Origin: a bacterium
GTDB lineage: Archaea > Nanobdellota > Nanobdellia > SCGC-AAA011-G17 > GW2011-AR17
Length of the DNA stretch: 58,702 nt
Assembly (NCBI GenBank): GCA_030697685.1
Contig: JAUYPF010000048.1
Span: forward strand, 1 to 58,702
Direction of reading: 5' to 3'
The translations under genes and the position numbers were made by a program. The notes beneath the pieces are model-generated. The model made no database searches and was not told where the DNA came from. It saw nothing but the letters and a program-made list of their open reading frames with translations. Numbering within the stretch: the first letter of the stretch is position 1; each line of letters starts with the position of its first letter. Positions 17,965-28,026 of the stretch are shown here, in pieces.

Positions 17965-18785
17965 AAGTATCACTTGTAGAAATAGATGGAAAGAAAGGAA
18001 AGGAAATTAGTCTCCCTAGACAATTTTCTGAAGAATTTCGACCAGATCTTATTAAGAAAGCTGTTCTTGCTCAACAATCCCACTCTATTCAATCATCTGG
18101 AACTAATCAAATGGCTGGAATGAGACAATCTGCATTTATTACCAAACGAAGAAAGCATTACAAAACAACTTATGGTAGAGGACAATCAAGAACTCCACGA
18201 AAAGTACTTTCTCGAAGAGGAACTAACTTTCATTATATGGGAGCAGTTGCACCAAACACTGTTGGTGGAAGAGTTTCTCATCCTCCTAAAGCAGAAAAGA
18301 TTTGGGATCTAAAAATAAATGTTCAGGAAAGAAGAAAAGCAATTCGAAGTGCAATTGCTGCAACGATGAATAGTGCTATTGTCAAAAGACGAGGGCACAC
18401 TGTAGAATCATTTGTTGTAGAAAATAAAATTGAAGATCTTAAAAAAGCAAAAGAAGTTCATGATTTTCTTAAAAAAGTAGGACTTGGAAAAGAATTAGAG
18501 AGAATTGCTGTGAAAAAAATTAGAGCTGGAAAAGGAAAGAATAGAGGAAGACCATACAGAAAGAAAAAAGGACCTCTCTTTGTTGTTTCAAAGAAATGTG
18601 CTCTTATTGGTGCTGCACGAAACCTTCAAGGTATCGATGTCTGCACTGTCAAAGATTTGAATGCTGAATTGCTTGCGCCTGGAACAGATGCAGGACGATT
18701 AACACTCTGGTCTGATAAAGCATTAGAAGTTATGGAAAAAGAAGGATTATTTTATACTCATGCAAAGAAGGAGACTAAGAAATGA
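17961..18785 (+). CDS. rpl4: 50S ribosomal protein uL4
   Basis: Position in the cluster. GRGQSRTPR and RAGKGKNRGRPY motifs. Confidence 0.93.
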   Translation: MKVSLVEIDGKKGKEISLPRQFSEEFRPDLIKKAVLAQQSHSIQSSGTNQMAGMRQSAFITKRRKHYKTTYGRGQSRTPRKVLSRRGTNFHYMGAVAPNTVGGRVSHPPKAEKIWDLKINVQERRKAIRSAIAATMNSAIVKRRGHTVESFVVENKIEDLKKAKEVHDFLKKVGLGKELERIAVKKIRAGKGKNRGRPYRKKKGPLFVVSKKCALIGAARNLQGIDVCTVKDLNAELLAPGTDAGRLTLWSDKALEVMEKEGLFYTHAKKETKK

Positions 18786-19051
18786 ATAAGATAGGAACAT
18801 TCACAGTATTGAAACACCCTCTTACCACTGAAAAGAATGTTAAACTTATGCAGAATGAAAACAAACTTGTGTTTGTTGTTGATAGAAGAGCAAGCAAACC
18901 TGAAATCAAAAAGGCTGCAGAAGAATTATTCAAGATTAAAATTACTAAAATAAATACTACTATTCTCCCTTCTGGAGAGAAAAAAGCATATTTAAAACTT
19001 TCAGCTGAAACACCTGCAATTGATGTAGCAACTCAGCTAGGATTATTATAA
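18782..19051 (+). CDS. rpl23: 50S ribosomal protein uL23
   Basis: Position in the cluster. LKHPLTTEK...KLVFVVDRRASKPEIKKA. Confidence 0.93.
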   Translation: MNKIGTFTVLKHPLTTEKNVKLMQNENKLVFVVDRRASKPEIKKAAEELFKIKITKINTTILPSGEKKAYLKLSAETPAIDVATQLGLL

Positions 19052-19052
19052 A

Positions 19053-19778
19053 ATGGGAAAGCGACTTATCACACAACGTCGAGGAAGAGGAACAACTACA
19101 TATAGAGCTCCAAGTCATAGATACTATGGAAAGATTAAATATAGAATTTATGATGAAGCTGAAAAAAACTCTGTGATATATGGAACTATTCAAGATCTAA
19201 TTGATTGCCCAGGACATATGGCTCCTTTGGCAAAAGTAAAATATGATACAAAAGAAGAAGTGCTCATCTCTGCGCCTTTGAATGTAAAAGTTGGAGATAT
19301 TGTTGCTTCTGGAGCAAGTGCTCCTGTACAAACAGGGAATGTTCTTCCTTTGAAAAACATACCTGAAGGAACTGCAATTTATAATCTTGAATGCAGACCT
19401 GGAGATGGAGGAAAACTTGTACGAACTGCTGGAGTCTTTGCTAGGGTTATTGCAAAGAATGGCAATCAAATTGTTGTTAAACTACCTTCCAAAAAACAAA
19501 AGACATTCGTTGGAGAATGCCGAGCAACTATTGGAGTTATTGCTGGAGATGGAAGAACAGAAAAACCATTCTTGAAAGCAGGAAAGAGAATGCATGCTAT
19601 GAGAGCAAGAAATAAACTCTATCCACAAACTTCAGGAGTTGCTATGAACGCTGTAGACCATCCATTCGGATCTGGAAGAGGAAGACATGCTGGAAAGCCT
19701 AAGACTCCTCCTCGTTGGGCACCTGCTGGAAGAAATGTTGGATTAATTAGAGCAAGAAGAACTGGGAGAAAACGATAA
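19053..19778 (+). CDS. rpl2: 50S ribosomal protein uL2
   Basis: GKRLITQRRGRG, MNAVDHPFGSGRG. Confidence 0.95.
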   Translation: MGKRLITQRRGRGTTTYRAPSHRYYGKIKYRIYDEAEKNSVIYGTIQDLIDCPGHMAPLAKVKYDTKEEVLISAPLNVKVGDIVASGASAPVQTGNVLPLKNIPEGTAIYNLECRPGDGGKLVRTAGVFARVIAKNGNQIVVKLPSKKQKTFVGECRATIGVIAGDGRTEKPFLKAGKRMHAMRARNKLYPQTSGVAMNAVDHPFGSGRGRHAGKPKTPPRWAPAGRNVGLIRARRTGRKR

Positions 19779-20176
19779 TGGGACGTAAAGAATTTACTTA
19801 TCGAGGAAAAACATTAGAAGAACTTAAAGCATTAGATGTTAAAGAGTTTGCAAAGCTCACTCCTGCTCGACAAAGAAGAAGCCTTGAAAGAGGATTTACT
19901 GAAATGGAAAAACGATTACTCTTAAAAATCAAAAAAGTCAAAGAAGGAAAATATAAAAAACCAATTAAAACTCACTGTCGAGATATGATTATCGTCCCAG
20001 AAATGCTTGGTCTTATGATTCATGTGCATACCGGAAAAGGATATACACAAATTGAAATATTTCCTGATATGCTTGGGCATTATTTAGGAGAGTTTACACT
20101 TACAAGAAACAGAGTTTCACACTCTGCACCTGGAATTGGTGCAACGAAGTCTAGCTCTGCTGCATCAGTGAAATAA
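19778..20176 (+). CDS. rps19: 30S ribosomal protein uS19
   Basis: MIGLMIHVHTGKGY..., HSAPGIGAT. Confidence 0.93.
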   Translation: MGRKEFTYRGKTLEELKALDVKEFAKLTPARQRRSLERGFTEMEKRLLLKIKKVKEGKYKKPIKTHCRDMIIVPEMLGLMIHVHTGKGYTQIEIFPDMLGHYLGEFTLTRNRVSHSAPGIGATKSSSAASVK

Positions 20177-20178
20177 AA

Positions 20179-20658
20179 ATGGAAGATAAACAACACATTG
20201 CATCTGCAAAAGGAGAAAACTTGAATATTTCAAGGAAGTTCGCTGTAGAAGTGACTAGTTTTATTAGAGGGAAAACACTTGTTGATGCAAAGAAGAAAAT
20301 GGAGAATGTTATTGCACTAACAGTTGCAGTTCCTTTCAAGCGTTATCATATGGATTTGGGGCACAAGAGAGGACATCTCGGGCCAGGAAGATTTCCTACA
20401 AAAGTAGCAAAAGAAATATTACGATTATTGAACTCAGCTGAAATGAATGCACAAAATAAGGGGCTTGATATTGATAGTTTGTATGTGTCTCGTGCTGTTG
20501 CAAATAAAGGAAACACACAGATGAAAGCAGGAAGACATCGAGGAAGACATGCAAAACGAACACATATTGAAATTGCTCTTGCTGAAAAAGAAAAGAAAAA
20601 AATTGAGAAAAAAGAGGCAAAAAAGCCTGAACAAAAGAAGGAGACAAAGACCAAATGA
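20179..20658 (+). CDS. rpl22: 50S ribosomal protein uL22 (with a Lys-rich C-terminal tail)
   Basis: Position in the cluster. GRFPTKVAKEILRLLNSAE. Confidence 0.9.
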   Translation: MEDKQHIASAKGENLNISRKFAVEVTSFIRGKTLVDAKKKMENVIALTVAVPFKRYHMDLGHKRGHLGPGRFPTKVAKEILRLLNSAEMNAQNKGLDIDSLYVSRAVANKGNTQMKAGRHRGRHAKRTHIEIALAEKEKKKIEKKEAKKPEQKKETKTK

Positions 20659-21416
20659 TTGAGCGAAAATTTGTTAGTGAAAAAATGAGAGAATTTTTAG
20701 TAAATCAATATCTCTATAAGGAATTAGGACCTGGAAAATATAGCTCCTTTGAAATAAAAAGAACTCCATTAGGAGAAAGAATTATTATTTATACTGCACG
20801 GCCTGGACTTATTGTAGGAAAAGGTGGAGAAAATATTAGGGATCTTACAAAAGTTTTTAAAACAAAATTCAAAATGGAAAATCCACAAATTGAAGTTGCA
20901 GAAATTTCAAATCCTAATCTTGATGCACAAACTATGGCTGAACAAATTGTTACAACTTTAGAAAGATTTGGCCCTAAGAGATTTAAATCTGTAGGATACA
21001 AAACCTTGCAAAGAATTATCGATGCTGGTGCTATGGGGGCAGAAATTGGTATAGGTGGAAGAGGTCTTCCCGGGGCACGAGCAAAGAGTTGGAGATTTTA
21101 TGCAGGATACTTGAAAAAGTCTGGGGATATTTCCATGTCTTTTGTTGCATATGGAATGGCTACTGCAAATTTAAAATCTGGAAGCATTGGGGTTAAAGTA
21201 CGAATTTTACCACCAGGGACTATCCTACCAGATAGATTAACACTTATCGATCAAACAAAAATGACTATTCAAGTTGAAGAAGTTAAAACAACTGAAGCAA
21301 AAGAAGGTTCAGACGATGCTAAAATAGAAGAAGAAAAACCTAAAGCTAAAAAGAAAACTGTGAAGAAAAAAGTAGTAAAAAAAATAAAGGAAGAAAGTAC
21401 TGAAGATGAAAATTAA
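20655..21416 (+). CDS. rps3: 30S ribosomal protein uS3 (with a Lys/Glu-rich tail)
   Basis: KH domain IIIYTARPGLIVGKGGENI. Position in the cluster. Confidence 0.93.
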   Translation: MIERKFVSEKMREFLVNQYLYKELGPGKYSSFEIKRTPLGERIIIYTARPGLIVGKGGENIRDLTKVFKTKFKMENPQIEVAEISNPNLDAQTMAEQIVTTLERFGPKRFKSVGYKTLQRIIDAGAMGAEIGIGGRGLPGARAKSWRFYAGYLKKSGDISMSFVAYGMATANLKSGSIGVKVRILPPGTILPDRLTLIDQTKMTIQVEEVKTTEAKEGSDDAKIEEEKPKAKKKTVKKKVVKKIKEESTEDEN

Positions 21417-21627
21417 GAATAAGGATATTCGAAAAATGAGTACACAAGAACAAAATAATAAGTTACTGGAGTTAAAAAAAGACCTCATTAAAATCAATGC
21501 ACAAATTGCAGCAGGAACAGTACCTGAAAATCCAGGGAATGTGAAAAATGTGAAAAAAACTGTTGCACGAATTATAACTATTATGGCTGAAACTAAAATG
21601 GAGGAAAAGAAGAAAACCAATGCGTGA
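21406..21627 (+). CDS. rpl29: 50S ribosomal protein uL29
   Basis: Position in the cluster. Coiled segment [19 protein letters not shown]. The start could instead be the ATG at 21436. Confidence 0.85.
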   Translation: MKIKNKDIRKMSTQEQNNKLLELKKDLIKINAQIAAGTVPENPGNVKNVKKTVARIITIMAETKMEEKKKTNA

Positions 21628-21952
21628 GATTTGCTCTAAATGTGGCCTTCCTCAAGAACTCTGTGTTTGCGAGTCTATTGCAAAAGAAGAACAGAAGATT
21701 GAGATTCGCCTTGTCAAGCGACGATTTGGAAAACTTATCACAGTTATTTCAGGTATTGATGATAAAACTATTAATATCAAAGAGCTTGCAAAAAAATTAA
21801 AATCAAAACTTGCTTGCGGTGGAACAGCAAAAGACAAAAATATTGAACTTCAGGGAGATCATCTCGAAAAGGCAAAAAAATTTGTCATTGATGAAGGATT
21901 TTCCCCGAGCTCTATCACAGTCACTAATGAGACAGATAATAGAAGAAAATGA
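21620..21952 (+). CDS. translation initiation factor aSUI1 (eIF1 homolog)
   Basis: SUI1-domain pattern ([13 protein letters not shown]..., [18 protein letters not shown]) and an N-terminal Cys pair. Confidence 0.85.
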   Translation: MREICSKCGLPQELCVCESIAKEEQKIEIRLVKRRFGKLITVISGIDDKTINIKELAKKLKSKLACGGTAKDKNIELQGDHLEKAKKFVIDEGFSPSSITVTNETDNRRK

Positions 21953-22209
21953 GATCACCGACAAACATCGCCAGACATGAATTTATTGGTCTTGACGTTG
22001 TGGTGGTTGATGCAAACAACAAAAACTTGATTGGTATTAAAGGTGAAATTGTTGATGAGACAAAAAATACTTTCATTATTCAAACAGAATTTGGCGAGAA
22101 GAAAGTGCTGAAAAAAGGCGCAAGCTTCAAGACAAAAATCAGCAATCAAGAAATTATAATCAAAGGAGATATTTTGGTCGGAAGACCAGAAGACAGAATC
22201 AAAAAATGA
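21949..22209 (+). CDS. rnp1: RNase P protein component 1 (Rpp29/Pop4)
   Basis: [33 protein letters not shown]. Conserved position between uL29 and uS17. Confidence 0.85.
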   Translation: MRSPTNIARHEFIGLDVVVVDANNKNLIGIKGEIVDETKNTFIIQTEFGEKKVLKKGASFKTKISNQEIIIKGDILVGRPEDRIKK

Positions 22210-22541
22210 AAAAACAAGCAAAGAAAAATGTTGGAATGGGATTCGTTTCACCTAGCAAGAGCTGTAGTGATAAACACTGCCCTTTCCATGGTGATACTAA
22301 ATTGCATGGAAGAGTTTTTGAAGGAAAAGTTATCCAGAAAAATCCTCATAAAACTATCAATGTTGAATGGCCACGAATTGCTTATCTTTCAAAATTTGAG
22401 CGATACTCTAAGAAAAGATCACGTGTCAAGGCGCATAATCCTGAATGTATTGAAGCAGAACTTGGCGATATGGTTACTATTGTTGAAACAAGACCAATTA
22501 GTAAAACAAAAAAATTTATTGTTGTGAAGGTGCATAAATGA
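22206..22541 (+). CDS. rps17: 30S ribosomal protein uS17
   Basis: GDMVTIVETRPISKTKKF. Position in the cluster. Confidence 0.92.
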   Translation: MKKQAKKNVGMGFVSPSKSCSDKHCPFHGDTKLHGRVFEGKVIQKNPHKTINVEWPRIAYLSKFERYSKKRSRVKAHNPECIEAELGDMVTIVETRPISKTKKFIVVKVHK

Positions 22542-22939
22542 AAGCAATTAGTGGATATAAAGTACGAGCACTGCCTATTGGTGCTGAAGTTCCTACTTGT
22601 GATAACTCTGGAGCAAAAGTAGTCAAAATCATTAGTGTCAAAGGTCATAAAACTGTTAGAAGAAGACTTGCATCTGCAGGTGTTGGAGATCTTGTCAAAG
22701 CATCTGTTATCAAAGGGAAACCTGAGATTAAAAAACAAGTTGTTTCTGCAATTGTTGTTAGGCAGAAAAAAGAATTTAAGAGACCTAATGGAACTCGTAT
22801 TAAATTTGAAGATAATGCAGTGATTATATTAAAAGATGATAAAGGAAATCCAAAAGGAACAATCTTTAAGGGAGCTATTGCAAAAGAAGCTGCTGAAAGA
22901 TGGCCTGGTATTTCCAAGGTATCAAGTATTGTGGTATAA
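22538..22939 (+). CDS. rpl14: 50S ribosomal protein uL14
   Basis: CDNSGAK...GDLVKASV...VRQKK. Confidence 0.95.
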   Translation: MKAISGYKVRALPIGAEVPTCDNSGAKVVKIISVKGHKTVRRRLASAGVGDLVKASVIKGKPEIKKQVVSAIVVRQKKEFKRPNGTRIKFEDNAVIILKDDKGNPKGTIFKGAIAKEAAERWPGISKVSSIVV

Positions 22940-22942
22940 AAA

Positions 22943-23341
22943 ATGAAAATTGACTGGTCAAAAAATTGGAATGCAAGTAAACGCCCAAGTAAGCAGAGAA
23001 AGTATAGATATAATGCTCCTCTGCATGTGCAGCATACATTTTTAGCAGCACATCTTAGTCCAGAGCTTCGAAAAAAGTATAGCTTACGAAGTTTTACTCT
23101 TCGGAAAGGAGACAAAGTAAAGATTCTTCGAGGGCAACATAAGAAGAAGATTGGAAAGATTAATAAAATCTTGATTAAAAGTCAAAAGATCTATATTGAA
23201 GGTATTGAAAATATGAAAAAAGACGGAAGTAAAACTTTCATTCCTCTTCACCCTTCAAATCTTATGATTATTGAATTAGACTTAGCAGATAAAAAAAGAA
23301 AAGCGAAAATTGAAATGAAAAAAACTCAGGAGAAAAAATAA
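22943..23341 (+). CDS. rpl24: 50S ribosomal protein uL24
   Basis: KOW motif RKGDKVKILRGQHKKKIGKI. Confidence 0.92.
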   Translation: MKIDWSKNWNASKRPSKQRKYRYNAPLHVQHTFLAAHLSPELRKKYSLRSFTLRKGDKVKILRGQHKKKIGKINKILIKSQKIYIEGIENMKKDGSKTFIPLHPSNLMIIELDLADKKRKAKIEMKKTQEKK

Positions 23342-24027
23342 TGGTTAAAAATCATTTATCACGATTGAATGCACCAGTAAGCTGGGGAGTTAAGAGAAAA
23401 GGAATTAAATTTATTACTCGTCCAAACGCAGGAGCACATAGTTTAAGAGAATCTATTCCACTTTCTCTTGTTGTTACTGATCTTTTAAAATTTGCACGAA
23501 TTAGAAAAGAAACAAAGAAAATTCTGAATGAAGGAAAAATATTTGTGAATGGAAAAGTTCGAAAAGATCTTAGTTATGCTGTTGGACTTATGGATTTGAT
23601 TAGTATTCCAAGTTTGAATCAAAATTATAGAGTATTTTATGATATTAAAGGGAAGTTTAAACTTCTTGCTTTAGAAGATGATGAAAAAGATTTGAGGCTT
23701 GTTCAAATTAAAAATAAAACCATTATATCTGGAAAGAAAATTCAATTGAATAACTCTGATGGAACAAATATGATTTTAGATAAAACTGCTGATTACAAAA
23801 CAGGAGACACACTTTTTGTTTCTTTGAAGGATGGAAGTATTAAAGAGCATATACCATTGAAAAAAGGTGCACGAATTTATCTTATTGGCGGAACTAAACG
23901 GGGAGTTGTTGGAACTCTTGAAGATACAAAAGAAAATATTATCGTTGTAAAAACTTCTGAGGGAAGTTTTGAAACTGCAAAGAGATATGCTTTTGTTATT
24001 GGAAAAATTAAAACACTTGAGGCATAA
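23341..24027 (+). CDS. rps4e: 30S ribosomal protein eS4
   Basis: HLSRLNAPVSWGVKRKG..., KVRKDLSYAVGLMDLISI. Confidence 0.93.
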   Translation: MVKNHLSRLNAPVSWGVKRKGIKFITRPNAGAHSLRESIPLSLVVTDLLKFARIRKETKKILNEGKIFVNGKVRKDLSYAVGLMDLISIPSLNQNYRVFYDIKGKFKLLALEDDEKDLRLVQIKNKTIISGKKIQLNNSDGTNMILDKTADYKTGDTLFVSLKDGSIKEHIPLKKGARIYLIGGTKRGVVGTLEDTKENIIVVKTSEGSFETAKRYAFVIGKIKTLEA

Positions 24028-24029
24028 TC

Positions 24030-24557
24030 ATGAATGTTATGAAAGAAATCGGAATTGAAAAAGTTACTTTGAATGTTGGTACTGGTAAGCCTGGTTCAGA
24101 ATTAGAAAAAGGAAAAATTCTCCTTCAAAAAATATCTGGGTTAAAACCATCTGAGACATTAACTCAGAAAAGAATTCCAACTTGGGGACTACGACCAAAT
24201 TTGGTTATTGGCGCTAAAGTTACTATTAGAGGAGAAAAAGCAATGGAAGTTTTGAAAACTTTGCTTCAAGCAAAAGATAATATACTCCAAGCAAGATCTT
24301 TTGATATTTATGGAAACTTTTCCTTTGGTATTAAAGAATACCTTGATGTTCCTACATTGAATTATATCCCAGAAGTTGGAATTCGAGGATTTGAAGTGGC
24401 AGTAAGTCTCCAAAGAAAAGGTTTTAGGATTAAAAGAAGATCGCTACAAAAAAGAATTATCCCTAAGAGGCATGCAGTTTCAAAGCAAGATGCTATTACA
24501 TTTGCAAGAAATATTTTGAAAATTACTGTTGTTGAAAAAGAGGAGGCAGAAGAATGA
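24030..24557 (+). CDS. rpl5: 50S ribosomal protein uL5
   Basis: [11 protein letters not shown]..., FGIKEYLD. Confidence 0.93.
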   Translation: MNVMKEIGIEKVTLNVGTGKPGSELEKGKILLQKISGLKPSETLTQKRIPTWGLRPNLVIGAKVTIRGEKAMEVLKTLLQAKDNILQARSFDIYGNFSFGIKEYLDVPTLNYIPEVGIRGFEVAVSLQRKGFRIKRRSLQKRIIPKRHAVSKQDAITFARNILKITVVEKEEAEE

Positions 24558-24784
24558 CTGCAGGAAACTACAAGAAGGTATTTAAACAGCTTAAAAATAA
24601 GCCTGTAAAGTTAAAAAAATTCCTTAAACATAATGCTCCAAAACCAAGAAAGTTTGGAATTAATTCAAAACCTTGTAAAATTTGCGGACGATTGGGTGCT
24701 CATATTCAAAAATATGGCCTTGATGTTTGTAGACAATGTTTCAGGGAAAATGCAAGGAAATTAGGATTTAAAAAATACTATTAA
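24554..24784 (+). CDS. rps14: 30S ribosomal protein uS14 (zinc-ribbon type)
   Basis: [27 protein letters not shown] gaggagg upstream. Confidence 0.9.
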   Translation: MTAGNYKKVFKQLKNKPVKLKKFLKHNAPKPRKFGINSKPCKICGRLGAHIQKYGLDVCRQCFRENARKLGFKKYY

Positions 24785-24785
24785 A

Positions 24786-25178
24786 ATGGCAATGAATGAC
24801 ACTTTGGCAACGGCTTTAAGTAATATACTTAATGCAGAGAAAGTAGGAAAGGCAACTTGTGTAGTGAAACCTGTCTCAAAAATTATAAAGGTAGTACTTG
24901 AAATTATGAAGGATAATCATTACATTGGAGAGTATACTATTACTAATGATGGTAAAGGCGGTTTCATTGAAATCAATCTTATTGGTGGGGTAAATAAGTG
25001 CGGTGCAATTAAACCTAGATTTGCTGTGACATTAAAAGAATATGATAAGTTTGAGAAAAGATTTCTTCCTTCTAAGAATTTTGGAATCATTATCTTATCT
25101 ACCTCAAAAGGGATTATGACACAGGATCAAGCAAAAGAAAAAAATCTCGGAGGCAAATTATTAGCATTTGTTTACTAA
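24786..25178 (+). CDS. rps8: 30S ribosomal protein uS8
   Basis: DTLATALSNILNAEKVGK..., C-terminal GGKLLAFVY. Confidence 0.93.
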   Translation: MAMNDTLATALSNILNAEKVGKATCVVKPVSKIIKVVLEIMKDNHYIGEYTITNDGKGGFIEINLIGGVNKCGAIKPRFAVTLKEYDKFEKRFLPSKNFGIIILSTSKGIMTQDQAKEKNLGGKLLAFVY

Positions 25179-25719
25179 GATGATAGAAGAAAGAAGACTT
25201 AGGAAGGAAATTCAGATCCCAGAAGGAGTTGAAGTTCAAGTAGCTGAAGTTATTACTGTAAAGAAAAATAAATTTGAAGTAAAAAGAAAGCTCTCTTATC
25301 CAACTGTTATTCTTAGTAAAAAGGACAATAAAATTATTATTGAACCGAAAAGATTTACCAAAAGAGAGAAAAAAATTATCAATACATTCAAGTCTCATAT
25401 TTTGAATATGATTAAAGGTGTTGAAGAGCCTTATGAATATAAAGTAAAAATTTGTTCCAGTCACTTTCCCATGTCTGTAAATATTGAAGGGAAAAAACTC
25501 GTTGTCAAAAATTTCCTTGGCGAAAAAGTTCCAAGAAAAGCAGATATTTTGGAAAATGCAGATGTAAAAATTGAAGGCGATGATATTACTATTATTTCCC
25601 CAGATAAAGAAATTGCCGGGCAAACAGCAGCAAACTTTGAACAATGCACAAGAATTACCAATAGGGATCGAAGAATATTCCAAGATGGACTTTGGATTAC
25701 AAAAAAGAGTAGAGACTAA
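25168..25719 (+). CDS. rpl6: 50S ribosomal protein uL6
   Basis: Position in the cluster. Two-domain uL6 pattern (YKVKICSSHFPMSV..). Confidence 0.9.
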   Translation: MFTKMIEERRLRKEIQIPEGVEVQVAEVITVKKNKFEVKRKLSYPTVILSKKDNKIIIEPKRFTKREKKIINTFKSHILNMIKGVEEPYEYKVKICSSHFPMSVNIEGKKLVVKNFLGEKVPRKADILENADVKIEGDDITIISPDKEIAGQTAANFEQCTRITNRDRRIFQDGLWITKKSRD

Positions 25720-25721
25720 AA

Positions 25722-26312
25722 ATGGCAGACGCACGATTACTCCAACAAAGAAGAGCAACTAAACTCAAAAAGCCTCGTTTCTTGAGACAGGATGCTACTC
25801 GGAATAAAAGTCTAGAGAAAAAATGGAGAAAAGCTAAAGGTATGCACTCTAAAATGAGACTGCATTTGAAAGGAAGGAGAAGATCACCATCCCCAGGATT
25901 TGCATCACCACGAGCTGTCAAAGGTCTTACAAGACAAGGATTGAAAGAAGTTCATGTTAATAATGCAAAAGATTTAGAAGGATTTGATCTTAAAACACAA
26001 ATTGTTGTTTTTGGAAGAATTGGCTTGCGAAATAAAATGTCACTATTAAAAATATGTGGAGAAAAAAAATATCCTATTGCACAAATCAAAGATATTTCTG
26101 CTTTCATACAAAAAGTAGAAGCAGATTTTGCTACTCGAAAAAATAAAAATAAACATAAAGAGGAACAAAAGAAAAAAATAAAAGAGGAATCTTTGAAAAA
26201 AATAAAAGAAGTAGATAAAAAAGAAGAAAAAACTGCTCCTGCAGAAGCACAAGAAGAAACAAAAAAAGGCGAGAAGAGCGATAAAATAAAAGTCTTGGAG
26301 AAAAAACAATGA
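25722..26312 (+). CDS. rpl32e: 50S ribosomal protein eL32 with a Lys/Glu-rich C-terminal extension of about 60 aa
   Basis: KPRFLRQDATR...KWRKAKGMHSKMR core. The tail reads KNKNKHKEEQKKKIKEESLKKIKEVDKKEEK... Confidence 0.9.
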   Translation: MADARLLQQRRATKLKKPRFLRQDATRNKSLEKKWRKAKGMHSKMRLHLKGRRRSPSPGFASPRAVKGLTRQGLKEVHVNNAKDLEGFDLKTQIVVFGRIGLRNKMSLLKICGEKKYPIAQIKDISAFIQKVEADFATRKNKNKHKEEQKKKIKEESLKKIKEVDKKEEKTAPAEAQEETKKGEKSDKIKVLEKKQ

Positions 26313-26773
26313 GGCTCGGGAATCAAAAAACAATGAGCGGAAAAATGCTTGGTGTTGGAAAAGGCAAAGTTTGGTTTGATAATGAGCACATGACTGAGAT
26401 TAAAGAAGCTATTACTAAAGGAGATATTCGAATACTTATCAGAAAAAGAATTATTCAAAGAAGACCTGAATTAGGGCACTCTCGTGTTCGTGCAAGAAAA
26501 AGATTAACTCAAAGAAGAAAAGGAAGGCAAAAAGGGCCAGGAACTAGAAAAGGAAAGCAAACTTCACGATTGAGCAGAAAAACTGCATGGATGCATCTTG
26601 TCCGTGGTCAAAGAACTTTCCTGAAGGAATTAAAACTAAACGGGTTGGTTAATGTTCCTACTTATAGAAATTTATACTCTAAAATTAAGGGAGGATATTT
26701 CAGAAATAAAAGGCACATCAAACTTTATTTAACTGAGCACAAGCTCTTTCAAGAAAAAACAGCTAAAAAATGA
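26309..26773 (+). CDS. rpl19e: 50S ribosomal protein eL19
   Basis: GKGKVWFD..., SRVRARKRLTQRRKGR. Confidence 0.92.
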   Translation: MRLGNQKTMSGKMLGVGKGKVWFDNEHMTEIKEAITKGDIRILIRKRIIQRRPELGHSRVRARKRLTQRRKGRQKGPGTRKGKQTSRLSRKTAWMHLVRGQRTFLKELKLNGLVNVPTYRNLYSKIKGGYFRNKRHIKLYLTEHKLFQEKTAKK

Positions 26774-27267
26774 AAACAAAAAAATTTATACCATTCAGAA
26801 GAAAACTTCAAGGAAAAACAAACTATAGAAAGCGTTTAGAATTGCTTAAATCAAATACTTTACGAATAGTTGTTAGAAGATCTTTGAGGAATATTACTGT
26901 ACAAGCAGTTGAGTATCATCCAAGTGGAGATAAAACTATTTTTACCGTGAACAGTAAGGATCTTAAAGAATTTGGTTGGAAAGGCTATGGAAGAAATACA
27001 CCTGCAGGATATCTTGTTGGATATTTATTTGGAATAAAAGCACAAGAAAAGAAAATTCAAAAAGCTATTTTAGATCAAGGATTATACCTCACTCGACAAG
27101 GGACTATTACTTTTAGTGTACTGAAAGGACTTGTTGATTCCGGAATGAAAATTCCTCATAACGCAAAAATCTTTCCTCATGAGGATAGAATCTTAGGAAA
27201 ACATATTTCAGAGGATATAACTAAACAATTTAGTGTTGTTAAGGCGAATATCCAAAAGGTAAAATAA
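26770..27267 (+). CDS. rpl18: 50S ribosomal protein uL18
   Basis: FRRKLQGKTNYRKRLELLKS...LRIVVRRSLRNI. Confidence 0.92.
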   Translation: MKTKKFIPFRRKLQGKTNYRKRLELLKSNTLRIVVRRSLRNITVQAVEYHPSGDKTIFTVNSKDLKEFGWKGYGRNTPAGYLVGYLFGIKAQEKKIQKAILDQGLYLTRQGTITFSVLKGLVDSGMKIPHNAKIFPHEDRILGKHISEDITKQFSVVKANIQKVK

Positions 27268-28026
27268 ATGATAAAGAAAAAACGTAACTACAAAGAAGAT
27301 GGCGCAGAAAGTGGTATCTCTAAGGATAGAGGTTTTGATAGAGATAACTGGAAGCCTAAAACAGAATTAGGAAAAAGAGTAAAGAATGGAGAAATAAGTA
27401 ATATTGACCAAATCCTTGATAGTGGACTTCCTATTTTAGAATCACAAATTGTGGATATGCTCCTCCCAGGATTGCAAATAGATCTCCTAGAAGTAGGACA
27501 ATCTAAAGGAAAGTTTGGTGGAGGAAAGAGAAGTATCTGGAGACAAACACAGAAAAAATCTAAAGAAGGAAACAAACCTTCTTTTGCTACTGTTGCTGTA
27601 TGCGGTGATGGAAATGGATATGTTGGAATTGGTTTTGGAAAAGCAAAAGAAACTGTTCCTGCACGAGAAAAAGCAACACGAATGGCAAAATTGAATATTA
27701 TTAAAATTAAAAGAGGCTGCGGTTCATGGGAATGTGGTTGTGGACAAGCGCACTCTATTCCATTCACTGTTGATGGAAAATGCAGCTCAGCATTGTTTAA
27801 ACTTATCCCAGCTCCAAAGGGAACAAGACTTTGTACTGAAAGAGAAGCACAAAAAATTCTTCGTTTTGCTGGAATTAAAGATGTCTATGGAAAAGCACGA
27901 GGACAAACACGAACAAAACTCAATGTTATGTATGCATGCTTTAACGCATTGAAACAACTTAGTAAAGTCAAAACTAAAGAAAGACATATTCAAAAATTGG
28001 GTATTGTTGGAGGAAGGAATGAATAA
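27268..28026 (+). CDS. rps5: 30S ribosomal protein uS5
   Basis: FATVAVCGDGNGYVGIGFGKAKE..., GTRLCTE. Confidence 0.93.
   Translation: MIKKKRNYKEDGAESGISKDRGFDRDNWKPKTELGKRVKNGEISNIDQILDSGLPILESQIVDMLLPGLQIDLLEVGQSKGKFGGGKRSIWRQTQKKSKEGNKPSFATVAVCGDGNGYVGIGFGKAKETVPAREKATRMAKLNIIKIKRGCGSWECGCGQAHSIPFTVDGKCSSALFKLIPAPKGTRLCTEREAQKILRFAGIKDVYGKARGQTRTKLNVMYACFNALKQLSKVKTKERHIQKLGIVGGRNE

Noticed and set aside
22645-23115. Long antisense ORFs inside the ribosomal-protein cluster, for example 22645..23115, 25114..25758, 25952..26458 and 27288..27767 on the minus strand, plus several shorter ones.
   Set aside because: They lie entirely opposite highly conserved r-protein genes. They have low-complexity, Phe/Ser/Leu-rich translations, as expected from the complement of Lys/Glu-rich codons, and they have no promoter or SD. 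They are shadow ORFs.
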